Positions 24,871 to 39,843 of a DNA stretch of 64,000 nucleotides are shown here, piece by piece. The notes beneath the pieces are model-generated. The model was not told the DNA's origin. It searched no databases and worked only from the letters and a program-made list of their open reading frames with translations. Source of the stretch: Octopus bimaculoides (taxonomy: Eukaryota); contig NC_068997.1 of assembly GCF_001194135.2 (NCBI RefSeq), positions 42,394,838-42,458,837 of the forward strand. Direction: 5' to 3'. The first letter of the stretch is position 1, and each line of letters starts with the position of its first letter. The position numbers and the translations under genes were made by a program.

Positions 24871-26743
24871 CCTGTCACAAACAAGTTCTCTAGAGTCAGC
24901 ACTCTGATAAATGTAACCAGTACATTCTGTAAAGTGGCTTGTGGTATGAAAAAGATCCAGTTATGGAAAATACAAGTGGAACATGAGCTCCACGTGCTGC
25001 ATTGCAGGTTACCCATCTACAAAGGTAATGATTTCAAATAAAAATCACACCTGTGTAGTTTACGTAGCACATCAAAATGTATACAGCCCACACAGTAGAC
25101 ATAACACTAAAGTAGATTGATTTTGTCTGTTACTGTGAGTGCAAGATTATGTATATCCTAATGACCCAACCAACTCATGCCATTATGGAAACATGGATAT
25201 AAAAATAAAGATAATGTCATTGAAATGTTCCTAAAACAATGTTGAAGTCTACTTTTATAATATTCAATTTAGTAAGCAGAGAAGGAGCAGTTCCCGTGAA
25301 TTTGTATTTCTTCCAGAAGAGCGCTGTGAAAAAATATGGCTTTGGACAAAATCAAGGATCTGATCCAAATGCTTGCTACCGAGTGATTCTTTCAAAAAAC
25401 ACCCAAGGACCAGATGGCTGTATTAAACTGTTGAGCCTACAACTCATCTGAAAGTGAAATTGAGTTGTGTATTTGGCAGCATATAAGACATGATTCCATA
25501 TAAAATTCACCTCTATTTTGCGAAGAAGTTTTGTAGACATTAAAAGGAAATTTTTGGTGTATTTCATTCAGTGAAAGTGATTTTAAGAAGTTCTGAGAAG
25601 ACATAAGAAGCAGGGCAAATTTTTAATTCATTTTGCAAGGAGAAAAAAAAACACACACACACACACACATTGTATGGCAGTATACATACACACATTTGTT
25701 CACATTACATAAATTTTTCTTGACTAGTTTGAGTTGAATGAATATATGCAACTGAGGTATTGTTTTACAGTTGGATGCTCTACCTGACACTAGACCTTAC
25801 TAGATTTTTGAGTAAAGAATCTCATAATTCACATGACTTTGAAGGTACAAAGCAAGTGGACATGTTATTGATGGGAGTAGTGTCAAAAACAATGTTGCTT
25901 GAACACCATGATTTTTGAATAAGTGAGCATAGATGTAAACAAACACACAGTCATACATGCCTGCGTGCACATCCACACACACACAACAAGCTTTTTTTCC
26001 AGTTTCTGTCAACCAAATCCAATTAAAAGGCTTTGGTCAGCTTGGGCCTATAGCAGAAGACAACTGCTCAAAGTATCATTGAACATGAAAGCACATGGTT
26101 TGGAAGCAAATTTCTTAATCACACACACACACATATACGTTTACTGACTAAATCCAGAGTAATTATGAAGATACAGCTTTGATAAAAATCATTCAACTCA
26201 ACTTAATGTGGTAAGAAGCTTACTTCCCAACCACATGGTTCTGAGTTCAGTCCTATTGCTTGGTACCTTGGGCAGGTGTCCTGTTATAGCCTCAGGTCTC
26301 ATGAGTGGGTTTGGTAGATGGAAACTAAAAGAAGCCCATCATGCGGTTCAGCAAAATAGACCAATAGAATAAGTACCAGGCTTAAAAATATAAGTCTCAG
26401 GGTCAGTTTGTTCAACTGAAACCCTTCAAAGCAGTGCTGCAGAATGGCTACAGTCAAATGATTGAAATAAGATAAAAGATATATGTACACGTAAATGTTG
26501 AACAATGAGAACATGTGCTCAACACTGCATTGGTGGATAAAATATTTTTATTCAGGCATTAAGGTTACCATTGGTTTCATGTTAAAAATATCTTAATATC
26601 CTGAGAAAGCATCTTCGATTATAGATTCTAGTTGAGGAGGTTACAGTCACTTAGATAGATCAGTTTTTGACTGGTACTTAATTTTAATAACACACAAGCG
26701 AATGTAAGTAGATAGGAATAGATATGTTAAAAATGCACTTTAC

Positions 26744-26927
26744 CTCGTCTTGGCTTCTGAAAACTCTCGTGTAAATGAAAAATAACTTTATCAACAAAAT
26801 GATGAATGGGACTGTCATTCTGTCCTCGGACAAATACTGTCCAGTCATGAGTGAATCCATTTGGAGTAACTTTCTTCCGTAGACTGGCTTGATGACCAAT
26901 TTCAACCTTCACCTGGACTAAATTATT
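26744..26927 (-). CDS. MLLT3: AF9/ENL gene exon 2, N-terminal half of YEATS domain
   Basis: Acceptor ttttttctctctcatttttctag|AAT, donor CGA G|gtaaag, 184 nt (phase 0 to 1). Translation [61 protein letters not shown] matches AF9 VQVKLELGH...GFTHDWMVFVRG...FHLHESFPRPKR, including cage residues equivalent to F28/H56/S58/F59. Confidence 0.95.
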
Positions 26928-27849
26928 CTAGAAAAATGAGAGAGAAAAAATAAGGACATTTGTATAAGTATTAAATTTTGTTCAGGTAAAGACAAATGTC
27001 ATTAATCAATACGATTTTATGGCTAAAAACAGACATCTTAACAGTGGTGGGCTATGAAACCAAAGACAACTCTAAATTCAACACACAACCACATTTGTGT
27101 TACATAAACTGGGTTTCTACCAGGGGAGCAGATGAATCTACAGTTCTCAATAAATGCTAAATCTTTTATAAAAGTGAATGTATTATATGTCCAAGTTTTA
27201 GGCCATAGTTATGCCTCACAGTAACACAGTTTTTGCATTGAGACACATGTTTTTAAGGAGTAGGTCATTGACTAATGTAACTTTTTCTAATCTCTGTGAT
27301 AAACACAAGCAATCAATTGATTATATGAAGACTTCATAAATCATCATCATTTAACATCCATTTTCGATGCCAGTATAGGTTGAACAGTTTGGTAGAATTC
27401 AGCAAGCTACAGAGCTGAGCTGAGTTCCGGTATCAGCTTTGGCAGGGTATCTGTGACTGGGCACTCTTCCTAACACCAACCAATTTACAATGCACATTAA
27501 GTGTTTTTTGTTTTTTTCCATGCCACCAGCACCAGTGCAGCTGCCAAATAATTTGCAAGACAGAAGAAGAACGAAGAAGAAAGGAAAGGAAAAACACAGT
27601 GGAATAAATTGTTTTACCTTAAGGAAGAAGAGAAGTCTAAGAGGAGAACTTTGAGATAGAAAACTTCAAGGAGAGGAAAAAAATATTTAGTAAAGTTGCA
27701 AGATAAAAAATGGTGTAAACATTCCTTCCATCAGTAAAGAAGATTCTGCCTGAAATGCTAAACTTTTCTTCTTCATCGCATAAAATTAATTCCACTCTCA
27801 GCTATCTGTATTACTATTTGCCAACACTGAATATCTTTGTATTCTACTG

Positions 27850-27893
<44 letters not shown>

Positions 27894-28972
27894 CAGTGAG
27901 CTGGCAAAATTCTTAGAATGCTGGACGAAATGCTGCTAAGCATTTCGTCTGTCTTTACATTCTTAGTTCAAATTCTTGGGGTTGATAAATTAGGTACCAG
28001 TGAAACACGGGTCGATGTAATTGACTAGTCCCACTCCCCATCAATTTCAGGCCTTGTGCTTTCTGTAGAAAAGATTACTATTATTATTATTATTTAGTTA
28101 AAACAGGAGGTGAGCCAGTGTCTATAGGACCCTTCAGGCTATCCTGGATTAACAAAAAGGATTAGCTTGCTGAGGCTGAAACAGCCGATGCTCAAAACAC
28201 TGGAGGAGAAAATGAGAGTAAGGAAATTGGTGTTGTTTAGCCATGGGTCAACTTTGAACAAACAGATCTATGAAAAAAAGCATTTCAGTCATGACCACCA
28301 CTTTATTTTCAGACAAGACAGTGAATCCAGAACTGCAATAAGACGGTAGGATTAGATCTTAGGGAAATTTAACTGATATTTCTACATAGTTAAGCAATCG
28401 CACAAAGGTTCCTTGTTCATTCAATGGAGTGGTGGAATTGTTGTTTAATCCCAAGTCAACTCTGATCAAAGGTATTCTAGCCATGACTATCTTGTCATTT
28501 TTTTTGTATATCAAGAAATACAGTAGTTGTTGTGTCTTTTTTATTTAGGTAGCGAGATGTGATTTGAAGGAACTTGGCTGTTATTTCAAGTAGGTCAAGT
28601 AACCACATAGTCAGGTGTCAGCAATAAGCAGAGTGCAGCCAATAAGCCATAGAGATTCTCTGTGGGCTTTGAATCTTCTCTAAAAAATTTTTCTATTGTT
28701 TTTATTCATGGGCCATTGGCAGTTGATGATTTCAAATAGTATTTTGAATCACAATTTGTTTAATTTCAGCTTACATAAGCATTGCCAGTGATGGATACAA
28801 ACGGATATCTATACATGCATGATATTTATATAATACATATGTGAGACATGGGTAAAGATAGATAAGTGGGCCACTAGAAAAAATTTGCTCGGAGGCTCCC
28901 TAATTAACATTTCCAAATAGTTGTAATTGAATGAATGAGATGGACAATTTACAAATTTGCAATCTTAACAGA

Positions 28973-29361
28973 TTGTTGGTGGTTGGCACTCCGTCGCTTA
29001 TGACGTCAAGGGTTCCAGTTGATCTGATCAACGGAACAGCCTGCTCGTGAAATTAACATGCAAGTGGCTGAGCGCTCCACAGACACGTGTACCCTTAACG
29101 TAGTTCTTGGGGATATTCAGCGTGACACAGTGTGACAAGGCTGACCCTTTGAATTACAGGTACAACAGAAACAGGAAGAAAGAGTGAGAGGAAGTTGTGG
29201 TGGAAGAGTACAACAGGGTTCGCCACCATCCCCTGCCGGAGCCTCATGGAGCTTTAGGTATTTTCGCTCAATAAACACTCGCAACGCCCGGTCTAGGAAT
29301 CGAAACCGCGATCCTATGACCATGGGTCCACTGCCCTAACCACTGGGCCATTGCGCCTCCA
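28973..29361 (-). mobile_element. SINE family A copy with 13-bp TSD
   Basis: TSD caatcttaacaga at 28960-28972 and 29362-29374. Confidence 0.9.
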
Positions 29362-30796
29362 CAATCTTAACAGAAAACTGGGGTGAAAAATGAAAGTGAG
29401 AGAGAGGGAGTGAAGGAGAGAGAGAGACAGACAGAAGGGGACAGAAATGTTTCCATTATACTGAATGCAAAAGCAATATATGCTATTAGATATAATATAG
29501 AATAATTTGTCTAGTTACTTATTGACATTCTCAGTAACTAACAGTAAAGACTTATGGCATTCAGGAGAAATTGGTTGTTCTGTCACTTAGTGCACTTAAT
29601 GGCAATTTTAATGTGCACATACACCACAACCTATCCTTTAATACTTTGTGAATCTAACAGGTACATTATTTACATGGCCTTTCTTTTCAATATTTAGAGA
29701 GAAAAATGCATATTATTCACAGAAAATGTGAGTCATACACATTTTGCATGTTACATTTTAACAGCTAATATTTTCAACAGCAGCCCACCTATTTTTATGT
29801 GACAATAAATTAGCAAAAGTTATTAGGGAGTTGACATGCAGCATTTGTTCTGCAACTTTGCACTCTGATTTCAAATGCCACTGAAGTCAACTCTGCTTTT
29901 CATCTTTCTGGGAACAATGAAAATGTGCCAATCCAAGGCTGTGGATTGACAGAACTGATAGAATGCCAGGCAGGATATCTTGCAGTGTCTGTTCCGGCTT
30001 TTTGCCTTCTGACAGTAATACCTGTGATGACACTTGTACGAAGATGTACCTGACCAAATGCAGAGCTGTCTTTCCTTTAGATATCATAAATGTCATGGAA
30101 AGAATGCCAAAATTAACTGAAACAGTATATTTCATTAGAAGTATGACCAAGAGAGTTAACCTTTCAGCATTTAAGCCAGCCATATCTGGCGCAAATATTC
30201 TACTTGTTTTATATTCAAATCAGCCAGATCTGGCCTCTTGCACCGACTCTATAATGTCATTTTAAAAATATACAATCATGTAATCAAAATCTCAAAGCTA
30301 CAACAAAATGCAGGATTAATTCAAAACAACATTGTTTTTACTTGTTTCAGTCATTAGACTGCAGCCATGTGGGAAGTACCACCTTATAAGGTTTTAGTCA
30401 AAGAAATCGACCCCAGGACTTATTCTTTGTAAGTCTAGTACTTACTCTATTGTTCCTTTTCGCTGAACCGCTAAGTTATGGGGACATAAACACACCAGAG
30501 CATTAGTTGTGAAGTGATGGTGGGGGGACAAACACACACATATAAATACGTTCTTTATATATATANNNNNNNNNNNNNNNNNNNNNNNNNNNNNNNNNNN
30601 NNNNNNNNNNNNNNNNNNNNNNNNNNNNNNNNNNNNNNNNNNNNNNNNNNNNNNNNNNNNNNNNNNNNNNNNNNNNNNNNNNNNNNNNNNNNNNNNNNNN
30701 NNNNNNNNNNNNNNNNNNNNNNNNNNNNNNNNNNNNNNNNNNNNNNNNNNNNNNNNNNNNNNNNNNNNNNNNNNNNNNNNNNNNNNNNNNNNNNNN

Positions 30797-30971
30797 GAGA
30801 GAAAGTTGTGGTGAAAGAGTACAGCAGGGTTTGCCACCATCCCCTGCCGGAGTCTCGTGGAGCTTTAGGTGTTTTCGCTCAATAAACACTCACAACGCCC
30901 AGTCAGGGAATCAAAACCATGATCCTATGACCGCAAGTCCACTACCCTAACCACAGGGCCATTGCGCCTCC
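30797..30971 (-). mobile_element. SINE family A 5' half, nested in the microsatellite of a family B SINE (about 30335-31140)
   Basis: Head at 30971, runs into the gap; family B tail lies to the left and its head to the right. Confidence 0.75.
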
Positions 30972-31210
30972 ACACACACACACACATATATATATAGTTT
31001 CCGTCTACCAAATCCATTCACAAGGCTTTGGTTGGCCCAAGGCTATAGTAGAAGACACTTGCCCAAAGTACCACACAGTGGGACTGAACCCAGAACCATG
31101 TGGTTGGGAAGCTAGCTTCTTACCACACAACCACATCTGTACCTAAGTATTCAGTCATGACAACACTTTATTTTGGGACAAAACAATGAACCCAGGACTG
31201 CATTATTTAA

Positions 31211-31558
31211 CTCTTTCGTTACCGTATTTATTTTGAGATGCTCTGTGTTTCTTTCAATTATTTTAAATATAACAAAGAATTTAGTAAAATCACTTAGTTA
31301 TCATTAAGCTTGTGTTAAGAACATAAATTGTGACTAAGGTTTGGTGAAAAATTTTAATTAAAAACGCTGTTTGTTTTTCGAAGCGCTGAAATGTATGGTA
31401 GAACAAGTAGAAAGATAAATTTTATTCAACGCATAGATACTGAATAGTATCGATATAAAGAATAAAACCCTTTTTTCTTTTTAAAAGCAGAAAAATTTGT
31501 CGGCAGCCAAGACATTTGTACTACAGAGCCAGTTTCAGCTGGGTTGGTATCGAAAGGG
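31211..31558. mobile_element. piggyBac-type MITE
   Basis: TTAA on both sides (31207-31210 and 31559-31562); TIRs ctctttcgttacc / ggtatcgaaaggg. Confidence 0.8.
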
Positions 31559-32094
31559 TTAAGATAGTGGGGTTTGATTTTAGGGAAATTTGGCTGCTAT
31601 TTCTACCAGGTTAAGCAATCACATAGAGGTTCCTTTGTTCATTCACTGGAGTACTGGAGAAGTCAATCCTGGTCAAGCAGACCTATTCATTCGTAGAATA
31701 AACAAATATTAAATTGGACAGCATAATCTGAACACTTTGGGGTTAAGGCAGTAGAACAGCTGAGATGGTTGAGCCTTTATACAAAATGTCCTATATTTTG
31801 AGTTCAAATTTCACTGCAATATCATTACTTTAGTGATTCTGGAGGGTGTGGGCGTGTTGTTTAGTCCTAGTCAACAAGCCTTAGAGACTCTCTGTGGGTT
31901 TTGAATCAAAGCCATAACAACCCATCTCATCCTATTTTCAGACGATGCATTCAAGATTACATTATCCCATGTGTTTTTCCTGTTTTTAGGAGATAAGGTG
32001 TGGTATGATAGAATTTGTTTCAACAATCATGTTGATTGTAGATCCAGTGTTGGGGGAAGGGAGAGAAAATAAGTATCAGTCAGATATCAATGTT

Positions 32095-32465
32095 GTGTGG
32101 TAAGAAGCTTGCTTCTCAATCACATGGTTCTGGGTTCAGTCCCACTACTTGGCAACTTGGGCAAGTGTCTTCCACTAAAGCTTTGGGCCAACCAAAGCCT
32201 TCTGAGCAGATTTGGTAGACAAAAACTTAAAGAAGCCCATCATGTGTACGTATGTCTTTGTGTCTGTGTTTGTTCCCCATCACTACTTGACAACCAGTGT
32301 TGGTGTGTTTACATCCCTCTTGGATATTCACCAATAAGACCAAAGTGAGAATAAGTACCAGGCTTAGCTAAAAAGCAAGCACTGGAGTTGATTCATTTGA
32401 CTAAAAATTTTTCAAGGCAATGCTCCAGCATGGATATAGTTTAATGATTGAACCAAGTAAAAGAT
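32095..32465 (+). mobile_element. SINE family B copy
   Basis: Same head, CORE-like domain and tail as 15577-16013. Further copies or fragments at about 3335-3970, 6880-6975, 17425-17564, 26200-26470, 34925-35315, 41505-42190, 42249-43245 and 43480-43815. Confidence 0.75.
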
Positions 32466-34719
32466 GAAAGATAACCAACTAAAGCCGTTCTCCATATGCA
32501 TTGGTCTCACATCAAGATTAGTCTTTCTCTCTCTCTCTCTCGCTCTCTCTCTTTTATGTTGGGTACAAAAATAACGTTTGAAAATGCACAGAATACTGAC
32601 TTCTATTTAGGCTGAATTGTTTGTCAGGCACCATCCACATCACATCTACAAAATGATTGACTTTACAAGCTAGCTTAACACCTGCTTATTGCAAAACATA
32701 CTGTGTTTGTAACTTCTATGTGGGATTTCAATTCTTAACTATGTCCGTCCTGTCTCTTTACAGATGTGTAGAACTGCATTAGCTAATGTGTTCTCGCAGT
32801 GCCACATAAAAGAACTTGTGCAGTGCCACGTAAAAGAAACCAGCATGCACTATAAAGTGGTTGGTTTTAGGAAGGGCATCCAACCGTAGAAAACCATGCC
32901 GAATCAGACTGGAACCTGGTGTAACTCCCCAGTTTGCCAGCTCTGGTCAAACCGTCCAACCCATGTCAGCAAGGACAGAGGACGTTAAATGATGATGATG
33001 AACTTACGCAGACATCTGCATTAAAATTCACTCTCTAAAATACAACAGGTACTACTACTTCAAAGACTTCACTTACATAATAAACAAACCCAGGCCTTCC
33101 ATATATTTCTTTGTGAAGCTTTTGATACTTTGATTTGTTTTTTGTTTTTTTATCTTTTAATACTTTGTATGTCAGTACTTTCTTTGAATAGAAGTTTCTT
33201 GAAGATTAATGAATAATACTGAGAGAGAGAGAGAAAGAGACAGAACAGTGGTTATGTAAGTGAGAAAATACATCAATATCATATTTTCTTCTTTTCTATA
33301 AAGGAGAACAAAAGAGAAGATTGATTTGTTGCAGACACAAGGTTTTAGATTTACAGAGGAGAAAGTAGTGTGAGAAATTACTCTTTGTAGCACTTCTGCT
33401 TTATTAGTGACAGAAGTAAAGGTTTATAGCAACTGGAAATAAGATTAGTTTGAAGAGAGAGCTAATGAAAAACCTAAATTTCTGTGCTCTTTATCTCTTT
33501 AGCATTCAGATTACTCTATCACATGTAATACTTAATCATACATTATCTCATAGCTTCAAGATTTTGATTGTGATTGTTTATTTTTAGAGTTTTATTGTAA
33601 AGTAGGTGCGAGAGGCTGGATCTGACCAGTTTGAACATACAACAAGTAGAATATTTGGGCCAGATATTGTTGGTTTAAATGCTAAAGAGTATTACTACTT
33701 AACCTGACACACATATGTATATGAATGACAACACATACAAACCTCAAGCCAATGACACTTAGCCTGCACAAAATAGCAACCAAGTCTCCATCAAATTAAA
33801 CCCTTCAGAAAAAAAAGTGGGGGAGGAGAGACATTGGATAATGTCATTCAAGGAACACAGTGGTTACAAAAAGTTGGGATAGTCAAGTCTAAAATGCCAT
33901 TGTTCATAAGACTGCTTGATTAGAGCTAACAGGGAAGTGATGTGGTTGTTTGACCTGCTAGAAATAGTAGCCAAATCCCACTCCCCTCCAGCATATCTTG
34001 CCATCTAAAAAAGACTGAAGAACAGAGTGGATAATGTAATTGAGTATATAAAAGATATAATCATAACCGGAAACTTTTTAATCCTGGGTTAGTTCAAGCT
34101 GTTCTGACCTGGGACTAAACAACTTGATCAAGCTAACCAATGATCCAAGGCGTTCCAACCATGATCAACCAACAAACCAGTCCACTTTTTTCAAAGAGTC
34201 TATCTAAGATTACATTACTCAATGTCACCTCCCTTTTGGAGACACATGCAGGTTGAGGAATAATTGGTTGCTATTTATAACAAGTCAAGCAAGGAAGCCT
34301 CTGCATGGTTGCTGGCCTGCTAGAAATAACAATCACATCTTCCCCTATTTACCTTTCTTTATCTTTTTCTTTTACATGAGACAAGAACACATTAGCTAAA
34401 GAGACAGGACGATCCATAGCTAGAATACCTTTGGTCGTAGTTTGCTTAATCAATGTGGACTTAGGGTTAAACAACAAAGGGTTCAAGGAAATAGGAAGCT
34501 TATATTTGTGTCATGTTGACAACATCAATGGCAAAGCTTAACACTAATATTTATTGACAGCAGGCACAGACAAGGTTATGTGGTTAAGAAGTTCACCTGG
34601 CAGCCAAATGGCTTTCTAGTTTGTCTCAATACCTGTTAGCAAGTACCTTTAAAAAGCCTTAAACTGACAAATGCATTGTGAATGAAATTGATGGATGTAA
34701 AGTGCACAGAAGGTTATCA

Positions 34720-34756
<37 letters not shown>

Positions 34757-35628
34757 AAAATTTTATAATTATAATTAGGGCTCAGCAAATTGCTTCACCA
34801 TATATTATTGAATATGTAGATAGATAGATGTGTGTGTGTGTATAAATTGTTGACCAGGGAGAGTCACATAAAGAATCTTGCAAACCAAATACAAGAAGTA
34901 TACATGTATACATATAGATTTATTTATCTTTTTATTTGTTTCATGACTGTGGTCATGCTGGGGCAGGGCCTTGAAGAATTTTAGTCAAATGAAGTTACCC
35001 CAGTACTTATTTTTTAAAGCCTAGTACATATTCTATCAGTCACTTTTGCTGAACTGCTAAGTTATGGGGATGTAAACACACAAACACCAACTGTTGGGGA
35101 CAAACAGACACAAAGACCATACATACCTACATGTGTGTGTCTGTGTGTATATATAAACGACGGACTTGCTTCAGTTTGTTTACCAAATCCACTCACAAGG
35201 CTTTGGTTGGCCCAAGGCAATAGTAGAAGACACTTGTCCAAGATACCTCACAATGGGACTGAGCCCAGGATCATGTGGTTGGGAAGAAAACTTCTTACCA
35301 CACAGCCACAACTGTGCCTATATGTGTGCATGCGTGCACATGTATGTGTGTGTGTGTATGAATGTGTAAAAGTGTGTGGCCAAGTGGTTAGGATGTTGAA
35401 TTCAAATTGTAAGCTCAAGGTTTTAATTTCTAGACTGGGGGAGTGTTGTTGTGTTCTTGAATAAGACAAAATATGTATACAAGTGCTTATACAAGTATTT
35501 GCTTTATAATATAAAAAGGATATTAAAATAAGGGTAAGAAGAAAACAATTTATTAATATAAAACAAATGTAGTTGAATCAGTAAAATGATTTGTTCTTAT
35601 AGGGAGAAAATAGCCATGAAACATTATT

Positions 35629-37386
35629 CTAATGGGATATTTGGGGCTGATGTTTCTTCACCAACATCTTGATGTTTGAAGAAATGCTAGAGGTGGCTAC
35701 TCTCAAGTTATTTTCAAGATGATTATCAGTTATTCTTGATCTTGCTTTGGATTTAGTAGATTTCAATTTTGAGAATAGCTGCTCACATTTATATGTAATC
35801 CCAAAGAGTGACATTTTCTTTGTAGCAAAATCCACGATGAAGGGGAAATTTTCTCTAGGTAGGCTTTTATAAAACTCTATTAGTGAATGACCTCTCATTT
35901 CCCTGTTGTAAATCTTCATTCCCTTGGAGTTCAATTAATTCCATCTGTAATTCCTCAGAAGCCTGGTTAATACTGATATCAAAAGGTAAAGAAAATATAC
36001 ATAGATTTGTTTATTGCGATCTGAAATCTTGAAATCTATTATTGAATTTTTCGTTGATCAATTTTACCTCATCTGCATAAGTACAATTGATTTTGCCATG
36101 AATTGCCAATGTTCCCAAAGTTACATTTTGTTTTGAAATGTTTTGATATGACTGTACGACTGATGAATGAATTGGCCTTCACCTTACAATTTCAAATAAA
36201 GGCCATTAAGATATGAAATAAAGTCAACAAGAAAAGCAAGATCACATATCCAGCCATCATCACTCAATTCACACATAGACTTTCCTTTTATTTCCATGAC
36301 TGTAAAAATTTCACTCCTCAGATCATAAAATCATTTCAACATTTTTCCTTTGCTCAACCATTCCATCTCACAATAGTAAACCAAATCTCCATACTCTGCC
36401 TCGATATCCTCAAGAAATTCTTTAAACTGGCAGTGGTTCAAAGCTTGATGTTTTATAAAATTTATACTTGAAACAACCTTGGACATGACATGTTCAAATT
36501 TGAGTGACTTAGCGCACAAATTCTCCTGGTGAATTATGCAATGAAAAATGGATAAATCTTTTGTGTCTATACTCATAGAAGCCAATTCCGATCTGATTTT
36601 AGAGACTAAGTCTGCTTTACTACCAACCATAGCAGGAGCACCATCTGTTGATAAACCATCAAGGTTTTTGAAATGTAGATTAAATCTGGCCATTAACATT
36701 TTCAATTCTTCAAAAATATCCTCTCCAGTGGTGGTGTCTTTCATTCCCCGAAGACCAAGCATTTCTTCTGTGATATTTAAATCTTCATCAATTCCACATA
36801 CAAAAACCACAAGTTGGGCTATATTTGACACGTCAGTGCTCTTATCGATAGCTAAGGAAAAATATTCAAAATGCAAAGAAAGCCTTTTCAAGCCTAATTC
36901 TGCATTAGTTGCAAGTTCATCAATCCATCTTGTTACAGTTCTAAGAGACAAACTAAAATTATCAATTTCTTTTTTTTGACCTGAACAAAAAATTTCAGCT
37001 ACTGCTTGTAGGCATTCTTTTACAAATTCATCATCGGAATAATTTTTCAAATGTTTTGCAATTTTTTCGCTAATGATATAACTAGCATGAATAATATTTT
37101 CGGTATCTTCATGTCTCTTGACAAAAATTGTCTGCCACTCTTTCAAATCTTTTATTAAATTTTCAACTTTTTGTTTCCTACGTTGACCATAAAAACTTTC
37201 ATAATGAGATGAGTGTTTGGAGATGTAGTGTCTGTTTACATTATATTCTTCAATAACAGAAACTGATTCTGAGCAGAGTAAACACACTGGTTTGTTTTTG
37301 ATTTGCATGAAAAAATAATCATTGGTCCACTTTTCTTGGAACACTTGGGATTCGTTGTCCACTTTTCTCTTTTTTGATGATGACAT
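35629..37386 (-). pseudogene. Decayed hAT (SPIN/Buster/GTF2IRD2-like) transposase
   Basis: 351-aa ORF (MSSSKKRKVDNE...VCLLC...RHY..KH zinc finger, LAIDKSTD, TDGAPAM, CIIHQENLCAK) ends at an in-frame TGA, probably CGA>TGA. It continues FYDLRSEI through more stops to a C-terminal segment with TYKCEQLFSKLK (35629-35934). Confidence 0.9.
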
Positions 37387-38031
37387 TTTAGGGTTGGATG
37401 ATTCGAGGAAAAAATATAGATAGTGGTGATAAATAACGGAGCGTATGTTGGAGTGTGAAATATAAAGTTTATATAAGGAAAATACATAATTGATAAGAAT
37501 GAAGCAGTATGTTGTGTATGGCCGATATTGTCGATAGTCAGTTGTTTGGATAAATGCATTTGAGTTGAATTATTTCTGGCTTTTGCATATTAGCAAATTA
37601 ATAGACTTGGAATGTCTTGAGTTAGTTGCTTGGTCGTTCAGTAAACTGATTCTTGGTTTTGAGAAAATTTGAGTGAGTGCATGAATGACATGCTGATCAT
37701 TCACTAGTGTTGAGAAGAGATAAACTTACAGGATTGAAAATTAGCTACTCACTGACTAGTACGGTTTACTTTTAGTTTCATTTTATTACTGATGTTTCCT
37801 TCTTTTCTTTTGAGAAGGCATCAGTTTCTCTTTCTCTATTTTGATTCTACAAATTTAGTCCTTTCACCTTTCCTAGAATTTTTGCTTAAGCACATTCTGT
37901 GAAAGCTTGTTTCGTCTTTGCCTATTTACTCTATGAGTTGGCCAGACTAGAAAATTAACCACTTCATGGCCATACTGCCACAGGTCTCCGCAGGCCAATC
38001 TGGCCTGCAAGCCGTAGGTTGCCTATGCCTG
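35629..38031 (-). mobile_element. hAT-Buster DNA transposon in intron 1; 5' terminus present, 3' TIR not found
   Basis: On the minus strand it begins CAGGCATAGGCAACCTACGGC at 38031. The outside flank atataaac fits the nnnTAnnn Buster target. No matching 3' TIR was seen, so the left coordinate is the transposase stop. Confidence 0.7.
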
Positions 38032-39843
38032 ATATAAACCATACCAAGCTCACTCGAGCTCTACATAACTACACCATACTCACTCAAGCAACTTTAGAAG
38101 TATACATATATAGAAAGCTTTCAGTAAATTAAAATTCAAAATATGTGTGGAATTAATAAACTCATTACAGTATCTAGAACCTAATTAGATTTGTTAATTA
38201 GGTTCTAATTAAAAAGCCTGTTTCATAAATCTCTGTGACAGTGAACAACCAGTGCCACTTTTTGTATCTTCATGCGTGTATACGAATGTGTGCATACATG
38301 CACACATATGTGCGGGCACAGTCATGTAATCAAGTGATTAGCTTTATAATCCTAATCTTCTGCATTAAATTGCACCACAGCACTTTGAGCTACTATCCTC
38401 TAACACAGCGTTTCCTATAAGAGGGTTGTAAGGACTGAAAAAAGGGGCAGATACATTGCCTTGTTTACCCCTTTAACATTTGAATCCAACCCAAATATTC
38501 TACCAGTTCTATGTTCAAACCAGCCAAATCTGGTCTCTTACACCTGCTCTACAATGTCATACATCATCATAATTTCAAAGTTACGAGAGAAAGCATGATT
38601 AATTCAAAACGATGTGAATAAATAAGCAATTACACTTGACAGAGTGATCTGAATGTTAAAGGGTTAATAACGTTAAAGTTGGATTTCAACTTGTACATCA
38701 TCATCATCAACATTTAATGACTGTTTTGCATGCTGGAATGGGTTAGACGATTCAACTGGAACTGGTAAGCCGGAGAGTTGCACCAGGTTCCAGTCTGATT
38801 TAGCACAGTTTCTACAGCTGGACGCCTTTCCTAATGCCAACCACTCCAAGAGTGTAGTGGGTGCTTTCTACGTGCCATTTAAATGACACCAGCAACAGCC
38901 ATATGGAGGCAAACTATTTTGTTTTCTAATTTACAAAAAAAAAAAAAAAGGTGGGGTGGATAAGGAATGGTTAAAAACTTTGACATGAGCTGGTACTTGT
39001 CAGTTCAAGAACCACTACTTGGATGCCACACTGGGCAGACACAAAGTCTTTTGGTGAAATTGGGTACATGAACAAATATGTATGAAAGCCTATCAAATGA
39101 ACTACATCTGTAATTCAAAGAATTAGATTTGTTACACACAGAATCATGCTCATTTTCCTTGAGGGTCACAGAAATGTCTGTACAAGATACAACCACTTTC
39201 ACTAAAACTCAACAAATAGACAGTTCTGTGAGCATACACATATCATCATCATCACTATCACCATCATTGTTTTAACATCCACTTTTCATCCTCACATGGA
39301 TCAGATGCCCTTCCTGTTGACAATCTTCACTTGTTTCCAAGTGAGGTAAAACTCTCCCATGGTGGGACATACTTTCATGGAAAATTGGAAACAAACAATA
39401 CTGTTCATATGATGGCAATACACACATAAATATATTTATGCATGCATAAAAGGTAAAGACTCTTTCCAGTCATATATGACCATGGGATTGCACCTAGAAA
39501 GTTCCCCTCTAAAGCACAAGTCCAGACAAGATTGCTTATGGAAGACCAGTAGTCACATGCATACCAGTCTCTCCTCTCCACACCACCGATGTTATCCAGG
39601 GGAAAGGCAAAGAGGCTGATACAGCTTGGCACCAGTGATGTCACAACTCATTTCTACAGCTGAGTGAACTGGAACACGAAATAAAGTGCCTTGTTCAAGA
39701 AAACAACACAGTCAAGTCCAAGAATTGAACTCACTACCTCATGATTGTGAGCGTGATGCTCACAATCACATGTATGCATGCATACACGCATAAAGAAATA
39801 TATTTATGCATACATACACATATAAATAAATATATTAATACAT

